NCBI GenBank assembly: GCA_963422615.1
Contig: OY730414.1
Coordinates: forward strand, 992,001 to 1,056,000
Source: Longimicrobiales bacterium
GTDB lineage: Bacteria; Gemmatimonadota; Gemmatimonadetes; Longimicrobiales; Gaopeijiaceae
Direction: 5' to 3'
Length of the DNA: 64,000 nucleotides
The notes beneath the pieces are model-generated. The model saw only the letters and a program-made list of their open reading frames with translations, did not search any database and was not told where the DNA came from. Position numbers and translations under genes: made by a program. Positions 28,768 through 38,508 of this stretch are shown one piece after another. The first letter of the stretch is position 1. The number at the start of each line of letters is the position of its first letter.

Positions 28768-30171
28768 ATGAAGGGCAGAGCTCGGGCGGTGACGATTGAG
28801 TTCGGGAGCATGCTCTCCGGGGTCCTTCCGTCCGGCGGCGTGGATCCCGACCGGCTCCGGGGGGATTTGGCCCGGCGCTTCCGGCACGCCTTTGAGCACG
28901 TAGCGTCCGTGCGGACGGCCGGGGAGGCCGGCTTTTTTGACCTTCCCGGCGATCGGACCCTCTGCGCCCGGGTCCGGGAAGCCGCCGACGGTTGGGGCAG
29001 GCACTTCGAGGCAGTGGTCGTGGTCGGGATCGGGGGCTCGGCCCTGGGTGCCGCCGCCCTCAAGGACGGCCTGCTTCCGCCTTCCTGGAACGAGCTGGAT
29101 TCCGAAGCGCGAAAGCACTTCCCGAAGTTGTACATCCTGGACAACCCGGATCCGGATTCCGTCTCGGCGCTGCTGGGGCGCCTGAACCTGGACCGCACCC
29201 TCTTCAACGTGGTAAGCAAGTCGGGATCCACCGCCGAGACGCTTGCCCTATTCCTTGTAATCTGGAGGAAGCTGGAAGACGCCGTGGGCCCGAAGGCGCT
29301 GAAAGACCGTCTGTTGCTGACCACCGGAGAAGGGCCGGGGGTACTCCGGAAGGTGGCTCGTGAATTCGGCATTCGAACCCTTCCCGTTCCCGGGAACGTG
29401 GGAGGTCGGTTCTCGGTGCTCTCGCCCGTCGGTTTGTTTCCCGCCGCCTCCGGAGGGATCGACATCGAAGCCGTGTTGGCCGGGGCTGGAGAGATGGCCG
29501 AGCGCTGCAGCACCTCCGTGCTCACGGAGAATCCGGCGGGGGTCCTGGCGACCCTTCTTCACCTGGCCGACACCGAGCAAGGGGCCGGCATTCATGTGTT
29601 CATGCCGTACGCCGACCGGCTCAAGGCCCTGGCCGACTGGTTTCAGCAGCTGTGGGCCGAGTCCTTGGGGAAGGCGCTGAACCTGGCCGGCGAACGGGTC
29701 GAAGCCGGGCCGACGCTTCTGCCGGCTACCGGGGCCACCGACCAGCACTCCCAGCTCCAGCTTCTCATGGAGGGCCCCCGAGACAAGGTCGTGGTTTTCC
29801 TCGGGCGGAGAGCAACGGCAGAGGACGTGGCCGTACCGGTCCGCTTCAGCAGGGAGCCAGCCCTGTCCTGTCTGGGGGGGCGCACGCTCCTGGAACTCCT
29901 GGACGTGGAACGCCGGGCCACGGCAGAAGCCCTGAGGAGGGAAGATCGGATGAATATGACGGTCATGGTGGACCGGGTGGACGCGGGATCGCTGGGGGGC
30001 CTGATCATGCTCTTCCAAATTGCTGTCCTGTATGCCGGGGCGCTCTATGGCGTCAACCCCTTGAACCAGCCGGGCGTCGAACTCGGCAAGGCCCTGGCCC
30101 ACGGGCTCCTGGGCAGGAAGGGCTACGAACGGCCCCGGATTCCTCGCCCCGATCCCCGTTGGCGCGTCTGA
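28768..30171 (+). CDS. pgi: Glucose-6-phosphate isomerase
   Basis: GIGGSALG, SKSGSTAET, VGGRFSVLS, QLWAESLGK, DQHSQLQL, QPGVELGK. Confidence 0.93.
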   Translation: MKGRARAVTIEFGSMLSGVLPSGGVDPDRLRGDLARRFRHAFEHVASVRTAGEAGFFDLPGDRTLCARVREAADGWGRHFEAVVVVGIGGSALGAAALKDGLLPPSWNELDSEARKHFPKLYILDNPDPDSVSALLGRLNLDRTLFNVVSKSGSTAETLALFLVIWRKLEDAVGPKALKDRLLLTTGEGPGVLRKVAREFGIRTLPVPGNVGGRFSVLSPVGLFPAASGGIDIEAVLAGAGEMAERCSTSVLTENPAGVLATLLHLADTEQGAGIHVFMPYADRLKALADWFQQLWAESLGKALNLAGERVEAGPTLLPATGATDQHSQLQLLMEGPRDKVVVFLGRRATAEDVAVPVRFSREPALSCLGGRTLLELLDVERRATAEALRREDRMNMTVMVDRVDAGSLGGLIMLFQIAVLYAGALYGVNPLNQPGVELGKALAHGLLGRKGYERPRIPRPDPRWRV

Positions 30172-30289
30172 TCCACCCTGTTAACTTCGTACGTCCCTAA
30201 AATACATCGGGTTCAGAACTTGCGGGGCCGTAACCCCGGGGAACCTCCGTCGCAAGAAGCGCAGGGCGAAAAATGGACCGGGAGGGAAG

Positions 30290-30679
30290 ATGAGCGCGGG
30301 AGAGGATCATCGTACGGTTGTTATCGAGAAGGAAAGCCGCTTCGAAGTGGGCGCTTTCCTCTTGGGAGCTCTTGTGGGTGCAGGCCTCGCTCTTCTTTTT
30401 GCGCCCGGCTCCGGCGAAGACACGCAGCAGCGAATCCGCGCGCAGGCGAAGCGACTGAAGGGCCTGACCGAAGACCGCGTGCGAGGCTTGCGCGATGATC
30501 TGGGCGAACGGGTGGGTTCGGCGAAGGGAGTTGTGGAGCAGGGTCGGCAGATTGCCTCCGGTGTACGCACGGAGCTGAAAGAGAAACTGGAACGGTCGAA
30601 GGCCGCGTACCGGGCCGGCATTGAGGCTCCCCAAGACGCGCCTCCTCCCCAGATCGTGGAGCCCCAGGCCGACCCCTGA
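30290..30679 (+). CDS. YtxH-domain protein
   Basis: FLLGALVGAGLALLFAPGSGEDTQ. Confidence 0.85.
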   Translation: MSAGEDHRTVVIEKESRFEVGAFLLGALVGAGLALLFAPGSGEDTQQRIRAQAKRLKGLTEDRVRGLRDDLGERVGSAKGVVEQGRQIASGVRTELKEKLERSKAAYRAGIEAPQDAPPPQIVEPQADP

Positions 30680-30748
30680 CCCTCCTTCGCCCTTTGGGGA
30701 TGCAGTCCTGAACGCTATGGGACACCAAACATACCAGAGGAGTTGCCG

Positions 30749-31429
30749 GTGCAGATCTACTTGGACACGGCCAACTTGGGAGAAATCCGGGAGGCGGCCC
30801 GCTGGGGCATCCTCAGCGGCGTGACGACAAATCCCAGCCTCCTGGCCCGGGAAGAGGGCGCCGATTTCCAAGAGACGATCAGGACGATCGCTAGCTTGGT
30901 TGACGGTCCCATCAGTGCCGAAACGGTGTCGGAAGATGCCGACGGAATGGTCGCCGAGGGGGTGGAGTACGCCGCATGGCACCCCAACGTGATCGTCAAG
31001 GTCCCGAGTACGACGACGGGTCTGGAGGCCGTCTCCCGTCTGGGGAAGAAGGGCATCCGTTGCAACGTGACCCTGGTGTTCAACGGGCACCAAGCCCTCC
31101 TGGCGGCCCTGGCCGGCGCTTTCGTCGTCTCTCCCTTCGTAGGACGGTTGGATGACATTTCCCACGACGGCATGGACCTCATCCGGGAGATCGGCGCCAT
31201 TTTCGAGCAGGATCCGGACATCCGGACCCGAATCCTTGCCGCTTCGATTCGTCATCCCCGCCATGTCATCGAGGCCGCCTTGGCCGGGGCTCACATTGCC
31301 ACTTGTCCCTTCAAGGTGCTCAAGCAAGGGATGGCCCACCCGCTGACGGAGGCCGGTGCAGAGAGCTTTCTTGCGGACTGGCGAGCCCGAGAAACGGCCA
31401 TGGCCTCGGGAGGCGCCCATGGGGGTTGA
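30749..31429 (+). CDS. Transaldolase / fructose-6-phosphate aldolase
   Basis: [40 protein letters not shown]. Confidence 0.92.
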   Translation: MQIYLDTANLGEIREAARWGILSGVTTNPSLLAREEGADFQETIRTIASLVDGPISAETVSEDADGMVAEGVEYAAWHPNVIVKVPSTTTGLEAVSRLGKKGIRCNVTLVFNGHQALLAALAGAFVVSPFVGRLDDISHDGMDLIREIGAIFEQDPDIRTRILAASIRHPRHVIEAALAGAHIATCPFKVLKQGMAHPLTEAGAESFLADWRARETAMASGGAHGG

Positions 31430-32033
31430 GGGGAAGGTGGGGAAGGGAATGATGGCGCTGCTGACAGGGGCCGTCCTCGTGTTCCCCCGCGGGGCCGGGG
31501 CCCAGGACCTGACCCGCGTCCTGGGTGAAGCCGCCGGGGAAGAGGCGATTGAGCTGGATGCTCCCCTGGTTGACCTGAGCGGCCCGTATGTCCTCGTACA
31601 CCTGGCGACAAACCGGGTCTACCTCATGGACGGCGGTGCCTCTCTCTGGTCCGCTCCCGCCGGCACGGGCACGGGATTTCGCCTTGCGGGCGCCGGAAAA
31701 CAGTGGACCTTCACGACCCCTGAGGGACTGTTCAGGGTCCGTCGGAAGGAGAAGGATCCAGTTTGGATCGCCCCCGACTGGTATTTCGTCGAACAAGGCC
31801 TCCCAGTCCCTGACGACAACGACCCGTCGCGACGATTCGCGGGCCCTATGGGGAACACGGCCATTTATCTGGGAGACGGGATTGCCATCCACGGTACGTC
31901 TCGTCCCGATCTGATCCTCAATCCCGATCCCGAGGGTCGGCGGGTGTCCCACGGCTGTATCCGCCTCACCAACGAATCCGCGCGGGAGCTCTACCACTTG
32001 GTCCAAGTGGGAACGCCGGTTCTCATCTTTTGA
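31419..32033 (+). CDS. L,D-transpeptidase (YkuD/ErfK family); start uncertain
   Basis: AIHGT...SHGCIRL motif, N-terminal signal. Confidence 0.88.
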   Translation: MGVEGKVGKGMMALLTGAVLVFPRGAGAQDLTRVLGEAAGEEAIELDAPLVDLSGPYVLVHLATNRVYLMDGGASLWSAPAGTGTGFRLAGAGKQWTFTTPEGLFRVRRKEKDPVWIAPDWYFVEQGLPVPDDNDPSRRFAGPMGNTAIYLGDGIAIHGTSRPDLILNPDPEGRRVSHGCIRLTNESARELYHLVQVGTPVLIF

Positions 32034-32503
32034 GCGGGACTCCGTCCGGCGACGGCCGACGGGTCATCGCTCGGAACAAGAAGGCCCGTCACGAATACGA
32101 GGTCTTGGACCGCTTCGAGGCCGGGCTCGTTCTGAAGGGAACCGAGGTCAAGTCCATCCGAGGGGGCAAGGTGGCGTTTCAGGACGCCCACGCCCGGGCC
32201 CACGCAGGTGAGATGTGGCTCTACAACTTGTACATCGGCCCCTACGAAGCCGGTAACCGCTGGAACCACGACGAAACCCGGCCCAAGAAACTGCTCCTTC
32301 GCAAGGACCAGATCCGCCGGATCGCTGCCCGGTCGGAAGCGCGAGGTCTGACCCTTGTTCCCCTTGACTTGTACTTTCGCCGGGGCCGCGCCCGGATCAC
32401 CCTGGGAATGTGCCGAGGCAGGAAACACCGGGACCGACGAGAGGAGCTGAAGCGCAGGACCATGGAGAGGGAAGTGGATCGGGCGGCGAGGGGCCGGCAA
32501 TGA
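32030..32503 (+). CDS. smpB: SsrA-binding protein
   Basis: NKKARHEY, EAGLVLKGTEVKSIR. Confidence 0.95.
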   Translation: MSGTPSGDGRRVIARNKKARHEYEVLDRFEAGLVLKGTEVKSIRGGKVAFQDAHARAHAGEMWLYNLYIGPYEAGNRWNHDETRPKKLLLRKDQIRRIAARSEARGLTLVPLDLYFRRGRARITLGMCRGRKHRDRREELKRRTMEREVDRAARGRQ

Positions 32504-33489
32504 GGTCTGCCCCGGAGCCTTTTGGAAAGGTGGGTGGGGTTCGCCTCTTCGGGACGGACTTCGCTCATCCCGTCCTTCTCGCCGCCGGCAGCTGCGGATT
32601 CGGTGAAGGTGTCGTCGACATCCTGTCTTCGGACGACATCGGTGGCCTCGTCACCAAGTCGGTGACCCTGAAACCTCGCCGGGGAAATGCGCCCCCCCGC
32701 GTCGTCGAGCTCCCCCGAGGAATGGGCAACTCGGTGGGTCTCGCGAACCCGGGCGTGCGAGCGGTGCGGACGGAGAAACTCCCCTGGATGCGCCGCAACC
32801 TGGGAGGTCTGCCCGTCTTCGTATCCGTCGCGGGCCGAACCGCCGAGGAGTACGCTTCCGTCGTCGCGGAGCTGGATTCGGCAGACGGATTTCTGGGATT
32901 CGAACTCAACCTGTCCTGTCCCAACGACTTACAGCGGGCCGGGAGGCCGTTCTGTCTGGACCCGGTGACGTTGCGAAATGTCGTTGCCGGGGTCCGCCCA
33001 CTCACGTCCAGGCCCCTGCTGGTCAAGCTGGCGCCCAAGGATTCGGACATCGGGGCGACCGCTTCGCTGGCCGCAGAACACGGGGCCGACGGCATCACGG
33101 CGATCAACACTGTGCCCGGTCTCCCGACCGACGCGGAGAGCCGTCTGGGAGCGGGAACGGGGGCAATGAGCGGCCCGGCGATCCTCCCCACCGGACTGGC
33201 GGCGGTTCGCAGGGTTGCGGATGCGGTGGACGTACCGGTGCTGGGTGTGGGCGGAATTCTCACGGGCAACGATGCCCTCGCCTACTTTGCAGCGGGCGCA
33301 TCCCTGGTTCAGGTCGGCACCGGTTCTTTCGCGGACCCTCGATGCGGGGCCCGGGTGGCCGAGCACTTGGCAGTCCGTTCTGGGTGGACGTCAACCCCCA
33401 GGGGTCGAGGGCGTCGCCACCAGGTCGCGACCCGGCCCGGGGGGGCGGTTCCGGCGACAAGGGACCCCGCTGCGGTGCCCTCCTCGTGA
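32500..33489 (+). CDS. pyrD: Dihydroorotate dehydrogenase (class 1)
   Basis: TKSVT, NSVGLANPG, ELNLSCPN, VKLAP, INT, GVGGI. Confidence 0.88.
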   Translation: MRSAPEPFGKVGGVRLFGTDFAHPVLLAAGSCGFGEGVVDILSSDDIGGLVTKSVTLKPRRGNAPPRVVELPRGMGNSVGLANPGVRAVRTEKLPWMRRNLGGLPVFVSVAGRTAEEYASVVAELDSADGFLGFELNLSCPNDLQRAGRPFCLDPVTLRNVVAGVRPLTSRPLLVKLAPKDSDIGATASLAAEHGADGITAINTVPGLPTDAESRLGAGTGAMSGPAILPTGLAAVRRVADAVDVPVLGVGGILTGNDALAYFAAGASLVQVGTGSFADPRCGARVAEHLAVRSGWTSTPRGRGRRHQVATRPGGAVPATRDPAAVPSS

Positions 33490-34268
33490 GCGAATCGGCT
33501 GCGCCCGCAAGCGACAGGGTCATCGTCGCCCTTGATGTTCCCAGCAGGAGGCGGGCCCTGGGTCTCGTGGACCGCCTGGGCAGCGCCTGCACCTTCTACA
33601 AGGTGGGCCTCGAGCTCTATACGGCTGCCGGGCCCAGCGTGGTCGCGGCCCTTCGGGCCCGGGGGAAGGACGTGTTTCTGGATCTCAAGCTCCACGACAC
33701 GCCCAACACGGTGGCACGGGCGGTGGCCAGGGGGGGTGAATTGGAGGCAAGGTTCCTTACCGTTCACGCCCTGGGGGGGCGGGAAATGCTCGCTGCGGCA
33801 GCCGAGGCCGCGGACGGCCCGACGGTGCTGCTGGGGGTGACCGTTCTCACGTCGCTGGATGGGCAGGCCCTGGGGGCGGTGCTGGGGCGGCGGGTGGAGG
33901 ATGTGGGCGAGGAAGTGGGGCGGCTGTCGGCGATGGTCCGAGAGGTGGGGCTGGGTGGGGTGGTGTGCTCCGTTGGCGAAGCCCGCCGAGTGAAGGGAAC
34001 CCTGGCGCCAGGCTGGGAAGTCGTGACGCCAGGGATCCGCCTTCCGGGGAGCCGGGCTCACGACCAGCGCCGAGTCGGGACGCCCGACCAGGCCTTCCGG
34101 GCAGGCGCGACCCGGATTGTGGTGGGCCGCCCGGTCACCAGCGCCTTGGACCCAGTGGTTGCCCTTGCGAAGATGGTGGCGGCGTCGGAGGACGGGACCG
34201 GGTGCCCTCCGCTTCAATCAAATGCGGCCCGGTCCAGTCCCGGATCGATTCCGCCCCGTGACAGATGA
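33486..34268 (+). CDS. pyrF: Orotidine-5'-phosphate decarboxylase
   Basis: IVALD, FLDLKLHDTPNTV, TPGIR, VVGRPV. Confidence 0.93.
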   Translation: MSESAAPASDRVIVALDVPSRRRALGLVDRLGSACTFYKVGLELYTAAGPSVVAALRARGKDVFLDLKLHDTPNTVARAVARGGELEARFLTVHALGGREMLAAAAEAADGPTVLLGVTVLTSLDGQALGAVLGRRVEDVGEEVGRLSAMVREVGLGGVVCSVGEARRVKGTLAPGWEVVTPGIRLPGSRAHDQRRVGTPDQAFRAGATRIVVGRPVTSALDPVVALAKMVAASEDGTGCPPLQSNAARSSPGSIPPRDR

Positions 34269-34360
34269 GGAATCTGGCGTCACTGTTATCTGGTTGCGCG
34301 CGGTTGCGCGGGCGACTTGCTTGAGGGAGACATGAGGGCCTTGAGGGAGACGGAAGCTGC

Positions 34361-35797
34361 GTGAAGCTCTACGATTCGCTTCGGCGGGCGGTCTTCGACT
34401 TCGAGCCCCTTGATGCCGGGCGGGTCACGGTCTACGGCTGCGGTCCCACGGTCTACGACTTCGCCCACATCGGAAACTTTCGCGCCTTCATGGCCTACGA
34501 CCTCCTCCACCGCCACCTGCTGTGGCGCGGCCACCCCGTGACCTTCGTGGTGAACTTCACGGATGTGGACGACAAAACGATTGACGGGGCAGCGAAGGCG
34601 GGCCTGTCCTTGAGTGAGTACACGGCGCCCTACATCCAGGCTTTTCTGGAGGACGCGAAGACCCTGGGCATCGCTCCCTTCTCCGGGTACCCCCGGGCGA
34701 CCGCCTTCATACCGGCCATGGTGACCTTCATCGAACGCCTGATGGAAAAGGGGCACGCCTACGTCGCTCGGGACGGGTCCGTCTACTACGTCGTGTCTTC
34801 CTTTGAGGGTTACGGTCGCCTGTCCGGGAACACCGATGACGGCGGGCCCAGGCGCTCCCGGATTGATGCAGACGACTACGAGAAAGGGGACACGCGAGAT
34901 TTCGTGCTGTGGAAGGCCGCCCGGCCCGAGGACGCGGAAGTCGGCGCGGTTTGGGAGTCTCCATGGGGACCGGGCCGTCCCGGTTGGCACCTCGAGTGCT
35001 CGGTCATGGGGACGTCCCTGCTGGGCGAAACGATCGATATTCACCTTGGCGGGGAGGACCTTCTCTTCCCTCATCACGAGAACGAGATCGCCCAATCGGA
35101 AGGGGCGACGGATCAGCCCTTCGTCCGTTTCTGGATGCACGTAAAGCACCTCAAAGTGGGCGACCGCAAGATGTCCAAGTCTGCCGGGAACTTCTACACC
35201 GTGCGGGAACTCCTCACCCAGGGCTGCGATCCGGCCGCGATCCGGTGGGTTCTGTTGTCCGCCCACTACCGCAGCGAACTCAACTTCACCCGAGGGCGAC
35301 TGGACGATGCTGCGACCGCCGTGCAGCGGCTCCTCGACTTTCGCCGACGGGTCAAAGCATGCCCGACGACCGGTCCTGGCCTCGACCTTGCCCGCCGGGC
35401 CCGACACCATTTGGCCGCCTTCAGTCGAGCCCTGGATCACGACTTGAACAGCCCCAGGGCGCTTGCGTCCCTCTGGGCTCTGGTCAAGGACGTCAATATC
35501 GCCCTGGACGACGCCCCGGGGGGGATGGCTTACCAAGACCGGGAGGCGGTCCTCTCGGCGCTGGCGGATATGGATCGGGTGCTGGGGGTTCTCGGCTTGG
35601 CCGCCGGGGGCGGGGAAGTCGGCGAGGAGCTGGAAGACCGGATCCGACGCATGGTGCGTGCCCGCGATCGAGCCAGAGCCAGTCGCGACTTCGCGGCGGC
35701 GGATCGCATCCGGGCTGAGCTGGCGGACTGGGGCGTGCGCCTTGAGGATACCCCGGAGGGGACCCGCTGGAGCCGCATCCTTTCCGCCGGCAACTGA
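34361..35797 (+). CDS. cysS: Cysteine--tRNA ligase
   Basis: CGPTVY..HIGN, GRPGWHLECS, KMSKS. Confidence 0.96.
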   Translation: MKLYDSLRRAVFDFEPLDAGRVTVYGCGPTVYDFAHIGNFRAFMAYDLLHRHLLWRGHPVTFVVNFTDVDDKTIDGAAKAGLSLSEYTAPYIQAFLEDAKTLGIAPFSGYPRATAFIPAMVTFIERLMEKGHAYVARDGSVYYVVSSFEGYGRLSGNTDDGGPRRSRIDADDYEKGDTRDFVLWKAARPEDAEVGAVWESPWGPGRPGWHLECSVMGTSLLGETIDIHLGGEDLLFPHHENEIAQSEGATDQPFVRFWMHVKHLKVGDRKMSKSAGNFYTVRELLTQGCDPAAIRWVLLSAHYRSELNFTRGRLDDAATAVQRLLDFRRRVKACPTTGPGLDLARRARHHLAAFSRALDHDLNSPRALASLWALVKDVNIALDDAPGGMAYQDREAVLSALADMDRVLGVLGLAAGGGEVGEELEDRIRRMVRARDRARASRDFAAADRIRAELADWGVRLEDTPEGTRWSRILSAGN

Positions 35798-35849
35798 CTC
35801 GGCGTGCCTCTTCCGTCCGTGGGCTCCTTGTCCCAGCTTCAGCAACTTG

Positions 35850-35922
35850 GCTGACGTAGCTCAGTGGGTAGAGCAGCTGATTTGTAATCAGCAGGTCCGG
35901 GGTTCGAGTCCCCGCGTCAGCT
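35850..35922 (+). tRNA. tRNA-Thr(TGT)
   Basis: GCTGACG/CGTCAGC acceptor stem, anticodon loop TT-TGT-AA, GGTTCGAGTCC. Confidence 0.95.
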
Positions 35923-36056
35923 CTGACGAGAAGCCCTTGGGGGTGGGTTGGTGTTTTCGCACGGGTGTGTTAGCTTCCACTGCTGTACTCCATGCGGATC
36001 GCCCGGCCGTGTTTTCCCAGAGCGCCTTCGGGCTCGCCGGATGGATGACGTTTCTT

Positions 36057-36139
36057 GGTGGGGTACCGAAGCGGCCAACCGGGGCAGACTGTAAATCTGC
36101 TGGCGCATGCCTACGTAGGTTCGAATCCTACCCCCACCA
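36057..36139 (+). tRNA. tRNA-Tyr(GTA)
   Basis: GGTGGGG/CCCCACC stem, CT-GTA-AA loop, long variable arm. Confidence 0.95.
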
Positions 36140-36168
36140 TTGGGAGGACTTTCAAGTTCGCCCTGACC

Positions 36169-36242
36169 GCGGGAGTAGCTCAGTTGGCTAGAGCGTCAGC
36201 CTTCCAAGCTGAGGGTCGCCGGTTCGAGTCCGGTCTCCCGCT
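36169..36242 (+). tRNA. tRNA-Gly(TCC)
   Basis: GCGGGAG/CTCCCGC stem, CT-TCC-AA loop. Confidence 0.95.
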
Positions 36243-36292
36243 CTGGTACGGCCCGGTGGGATCGGATCCAGCCGGACAAGTCGGAAAGAAGT

Positions 36293-36364
36293 GCTCTGGT
36301 AGCTCAGTGGGAGAGCGCTTCCTTGGTAAGGAAGAGGTCGCGGGTTCGATCCCCGCCCAGAGCT
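36293..36364 (+). tRNA. tRNA-Thr(GGT)
   Basis: GCTCTGG/CCAGAGC stem, TT-GGT-AA loop. Confidence 0.93.
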
Positions 36365-36430
36365 TGGCGGGACCCGCGTGAGGGACTGTGTTCCCGATAA
36401 GTAGGCGAACAGAGAAACAGGTAGGCTAAC

Positions 36431-37683
36431 CTAAGGGGGGGTAGGAGAGAGATGGTGAAGGTGGTATTTGAGCGGAGCAAGCCGCATGTAAATGTAGGGA
36501 CGATAGGGCATGTGGATCATGGGAAGACGACGTTGACGGCTGCGGTGACGTTGACGCAGTCGAAGTTGTATGGTGGGGAGGCGGTGGGTTTTGCGGAGAT
36601 AGACAATGCGCCGGAGGAGCGGGAGCGGGGGATAACGATAGCGACGGCGCATGTGGAGTATGAGACGGAGGGGAGGCATTATGCGCATGTGGATTGTCCG
36701 GGTCATGCGGATTATGTAAAGAATATGATTACGGGTGCGGCGCAGATGGATGGGGCGATATTGGTGGTGAGTGCGGCGGATGGGCCGATGCCCCAGACGC
36801 GGGAGCACATATTGTTGGCTAGGCAGGTAAATGTGCCGTACATCGTGGTATTTTTAAACAAGGTAGACATGGTGGATGATGAGGAGTTGTTGGAGTTGGT
36901 GGAGTTGGAGGTGAGGGAGTTGTTGAGTGAGTATGGGTTTCCGGGGGATGATTTACCGGTGGTTCGGGGGAGTGCGTTGCGGGCGTTGGAGAGTGGGGGT
37001 GAGGGGGAGGAAGCGGAGTGTATAGGGGAGTTGATGGAGGCGGTGGACGGGTGGATACCGGAGCCGGAGCGGGATGTAGACAAGGCGTTTTTGATGCCGG
37101 TGGAGGATGTATTTTCGATAACGGGGCGGGGGACGGTGGCGACGGGGCGGATAGAGCGGGGGGTGGTTCGGAAGGGTGAGCAGGTGGAGATTGTGGGGAT
37201 GGGTGGGGATCGGATGACGGTGGTGACGGGGGTGGAGATGTTTCGGAAGTTGTTGGAGGAGGGAAGGGCTGGGGACAATGCGGGGTTGTTGTTGAGGGGA
37301 GTGGGGAAGGAGGAGGTACAGCGGGGGCAGGTGTTGGCGGCGCCGGGGTCGATTCGTCCTCACACGAGGTTTCGGGCGGAGGTGTATGTGTTGGGGAAGG
37401 AGGAGGGGGGGCGGCACACGCCGTTTTTTGATGGGTATCGGCCGCAGTTTTATTTTCGGACGACGGATGTGACGGGTACGGCGAAGTTGCCGGAGGGGGT
37501 GGAGATGGTGATGCCGGGGGACAACGTACAGATGGAGGTGGAGTTGATCACGCCGGTAGCGATGGATGAGGAGTTGCGGTTTGCGATACGGGAAGGCGGT
37601 CGGACCGTAGGTTCCGGCGTTGTGACCTCCATCACCGAATAATACCCCCCACCCCAATACACCCCACCCCAAAACCCTTAAGG
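36431..37683 (+). repeat. tuf cassette, copy 1 (direct repeat of 53293-54546)
   Basis: Identity starts at CTAAGGGGGGG upstream and ends at CCCTTAAGG downstream; only homopolymer-length differences seen in the flanks. Confidence 0.93.
36452..37642 (+). CDS. tuf: Elongation factor Tu (copy 1)
   Basis: [33 protein letters not shown]. Confidence 0.98.
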   Translation: MVKVVFERSKPHVNVGTIGHVDHGKTTLTAAVTLTQSKLYGGEAVGFAEIDNAPEERERGITIATAHVEYETEGRHYAHVDCPGHADYVKNMITGAAQMDGAILVVSAADGPMPQTREHILLARQVNVPYIVVFLNKVDMVDDEELLELVELEVRELLSEYGFPGDDLPVVRGSALRALESGGEGEEAECIGELMEAVDGWIPEPERDVDKAFLMPVEDVFSITGRGTVATGRIERGVVRKGEQVEIVGMGGDRMTVVTGVEMFRKLLEEGRAGDNAGLLLRGVGKEEVQRGQVLAAPGSIRPHTRFRAEVYVLGKEEGGRHTPFFDGYRPQFYFRTTDVTGTAKLPEGVEMVMPGDNVQMEVELITPVAMDEELRFAIREGGRTVGSGVVTSITE

Positions 37684-37740
37684 GCCTGGCAGAACCCCGT
37701 GCCTGATCCAAAGCCACGCAGCGCTGCCGGGAGATTCGAA

Positions 37741-37947
37741 ATGGGACGTTTAGCAAAAGCCAAGACCTTCATGGAGGAATGCGTAGCCGAGATGGAAAGA
37801 GTCACCTGGCCGGACCGGGATCAGCTCCGGAACGCCACCTGGGTGGTCATCCTCTTCACGCTCCTCATCTCCGCGGTCATATGGATCATGGACATCATCT
37901 CCAGGGCGGTCATCGTCGACTTCATTATGGGGTTGTTCCGGTCTTGA
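37741..37947 (+). CDS. secE: Preprotein translocase subunit SecE
   Basis: EMERVTWP..QL..AT plus single TM; between tuf and nusG. Confidence 0.9.
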   Translation: MGRLAKAKTFMEECVAEMERVTWPDRDQLRNATWVVILFTLLISAVIWIMDIISRAVIVDFIMGLFRS

Positions 37948-38480
37948 GAAGCGACGAACGCTGGTACGCGCTTCAGACCCAGGCGCGGCACGAGAAGCGG
38001 GTTCGGCGCTTGATTCAGCAAGAGATCGAAAAAACTTCCGGCCTTGAGGAAGAGATCCTGGAAGTCTTGGTTCCGGAGCAGGATGTGGTTGAGATCCGGA
38101 GGGGGAAGCGGGTCACGGTTACCAAGCCCATGTACCCGGGGTACGTACTGGTGCGGATGGTTCTGAACGAGCGCACCGAACACGCCATCGGTGCGATGAA
38201 GGGAGTAAGGCTCGTGAGTCAGGGCGGAAGCCCCCGGCCTCTTCCCGACAGCGACATGAAGAAGATACTCGGCATAACGGACGAGGACGAAAAGAGCTCC
38301 CGGGACGAGATCCCCTTCCGGGTCGGCGAAGCGGTGGAAGTGATTCAGGGCCCCTTTACGGATTTCTCCGGAACGATTCAGGAAGTTGATCCCGACAAGG
38401 GAAAGGTCAAAGTCGAGGTATCCCTCTTCGGCCGCCCGACGTCGGTGGAGCTGGATTTCACTCAACTGAAGGGCTTCTAG
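37944..38480 (+). CDS. nusG: Transcription termination/antitermination factor NusG
   Basis: [33 protein letters not shown]. Confidence 0.95.
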   Translation: MRSDERWYALQTQARHEKRVRRLIQQEIEKTSGLEEEILEVLVPEQDVVEIRRGKRVTVTKPMYPGYVLVRMVLNERTEHAIGAMKGVRLVSQGGSPRPLPDSDMKKILGITDEDEKSSRDEIPFRVGEAVEVIQGPFTDFSGTIQEVDPDKGKVKVEVSLFGRPTSVELDFTQLKGF

Positions 38481-38508
38481 ACCCCCCTGGGGAGTAAGGC
38501 GCAGACAT

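Noticed and set aside
37643..37680. C-rich tail as CRISPR or tandem-repeat array
   Set aside because: No repeat-spacer periodicity and no cas genes; only short C-runs.
36431..37756. Pro/His/Ser/Thr-rich antisense ORFs over tuf (also at 53285-54754)
   Set aside because: They are by-products of the G-rich, C-poor sense strand; no independent coding signal.
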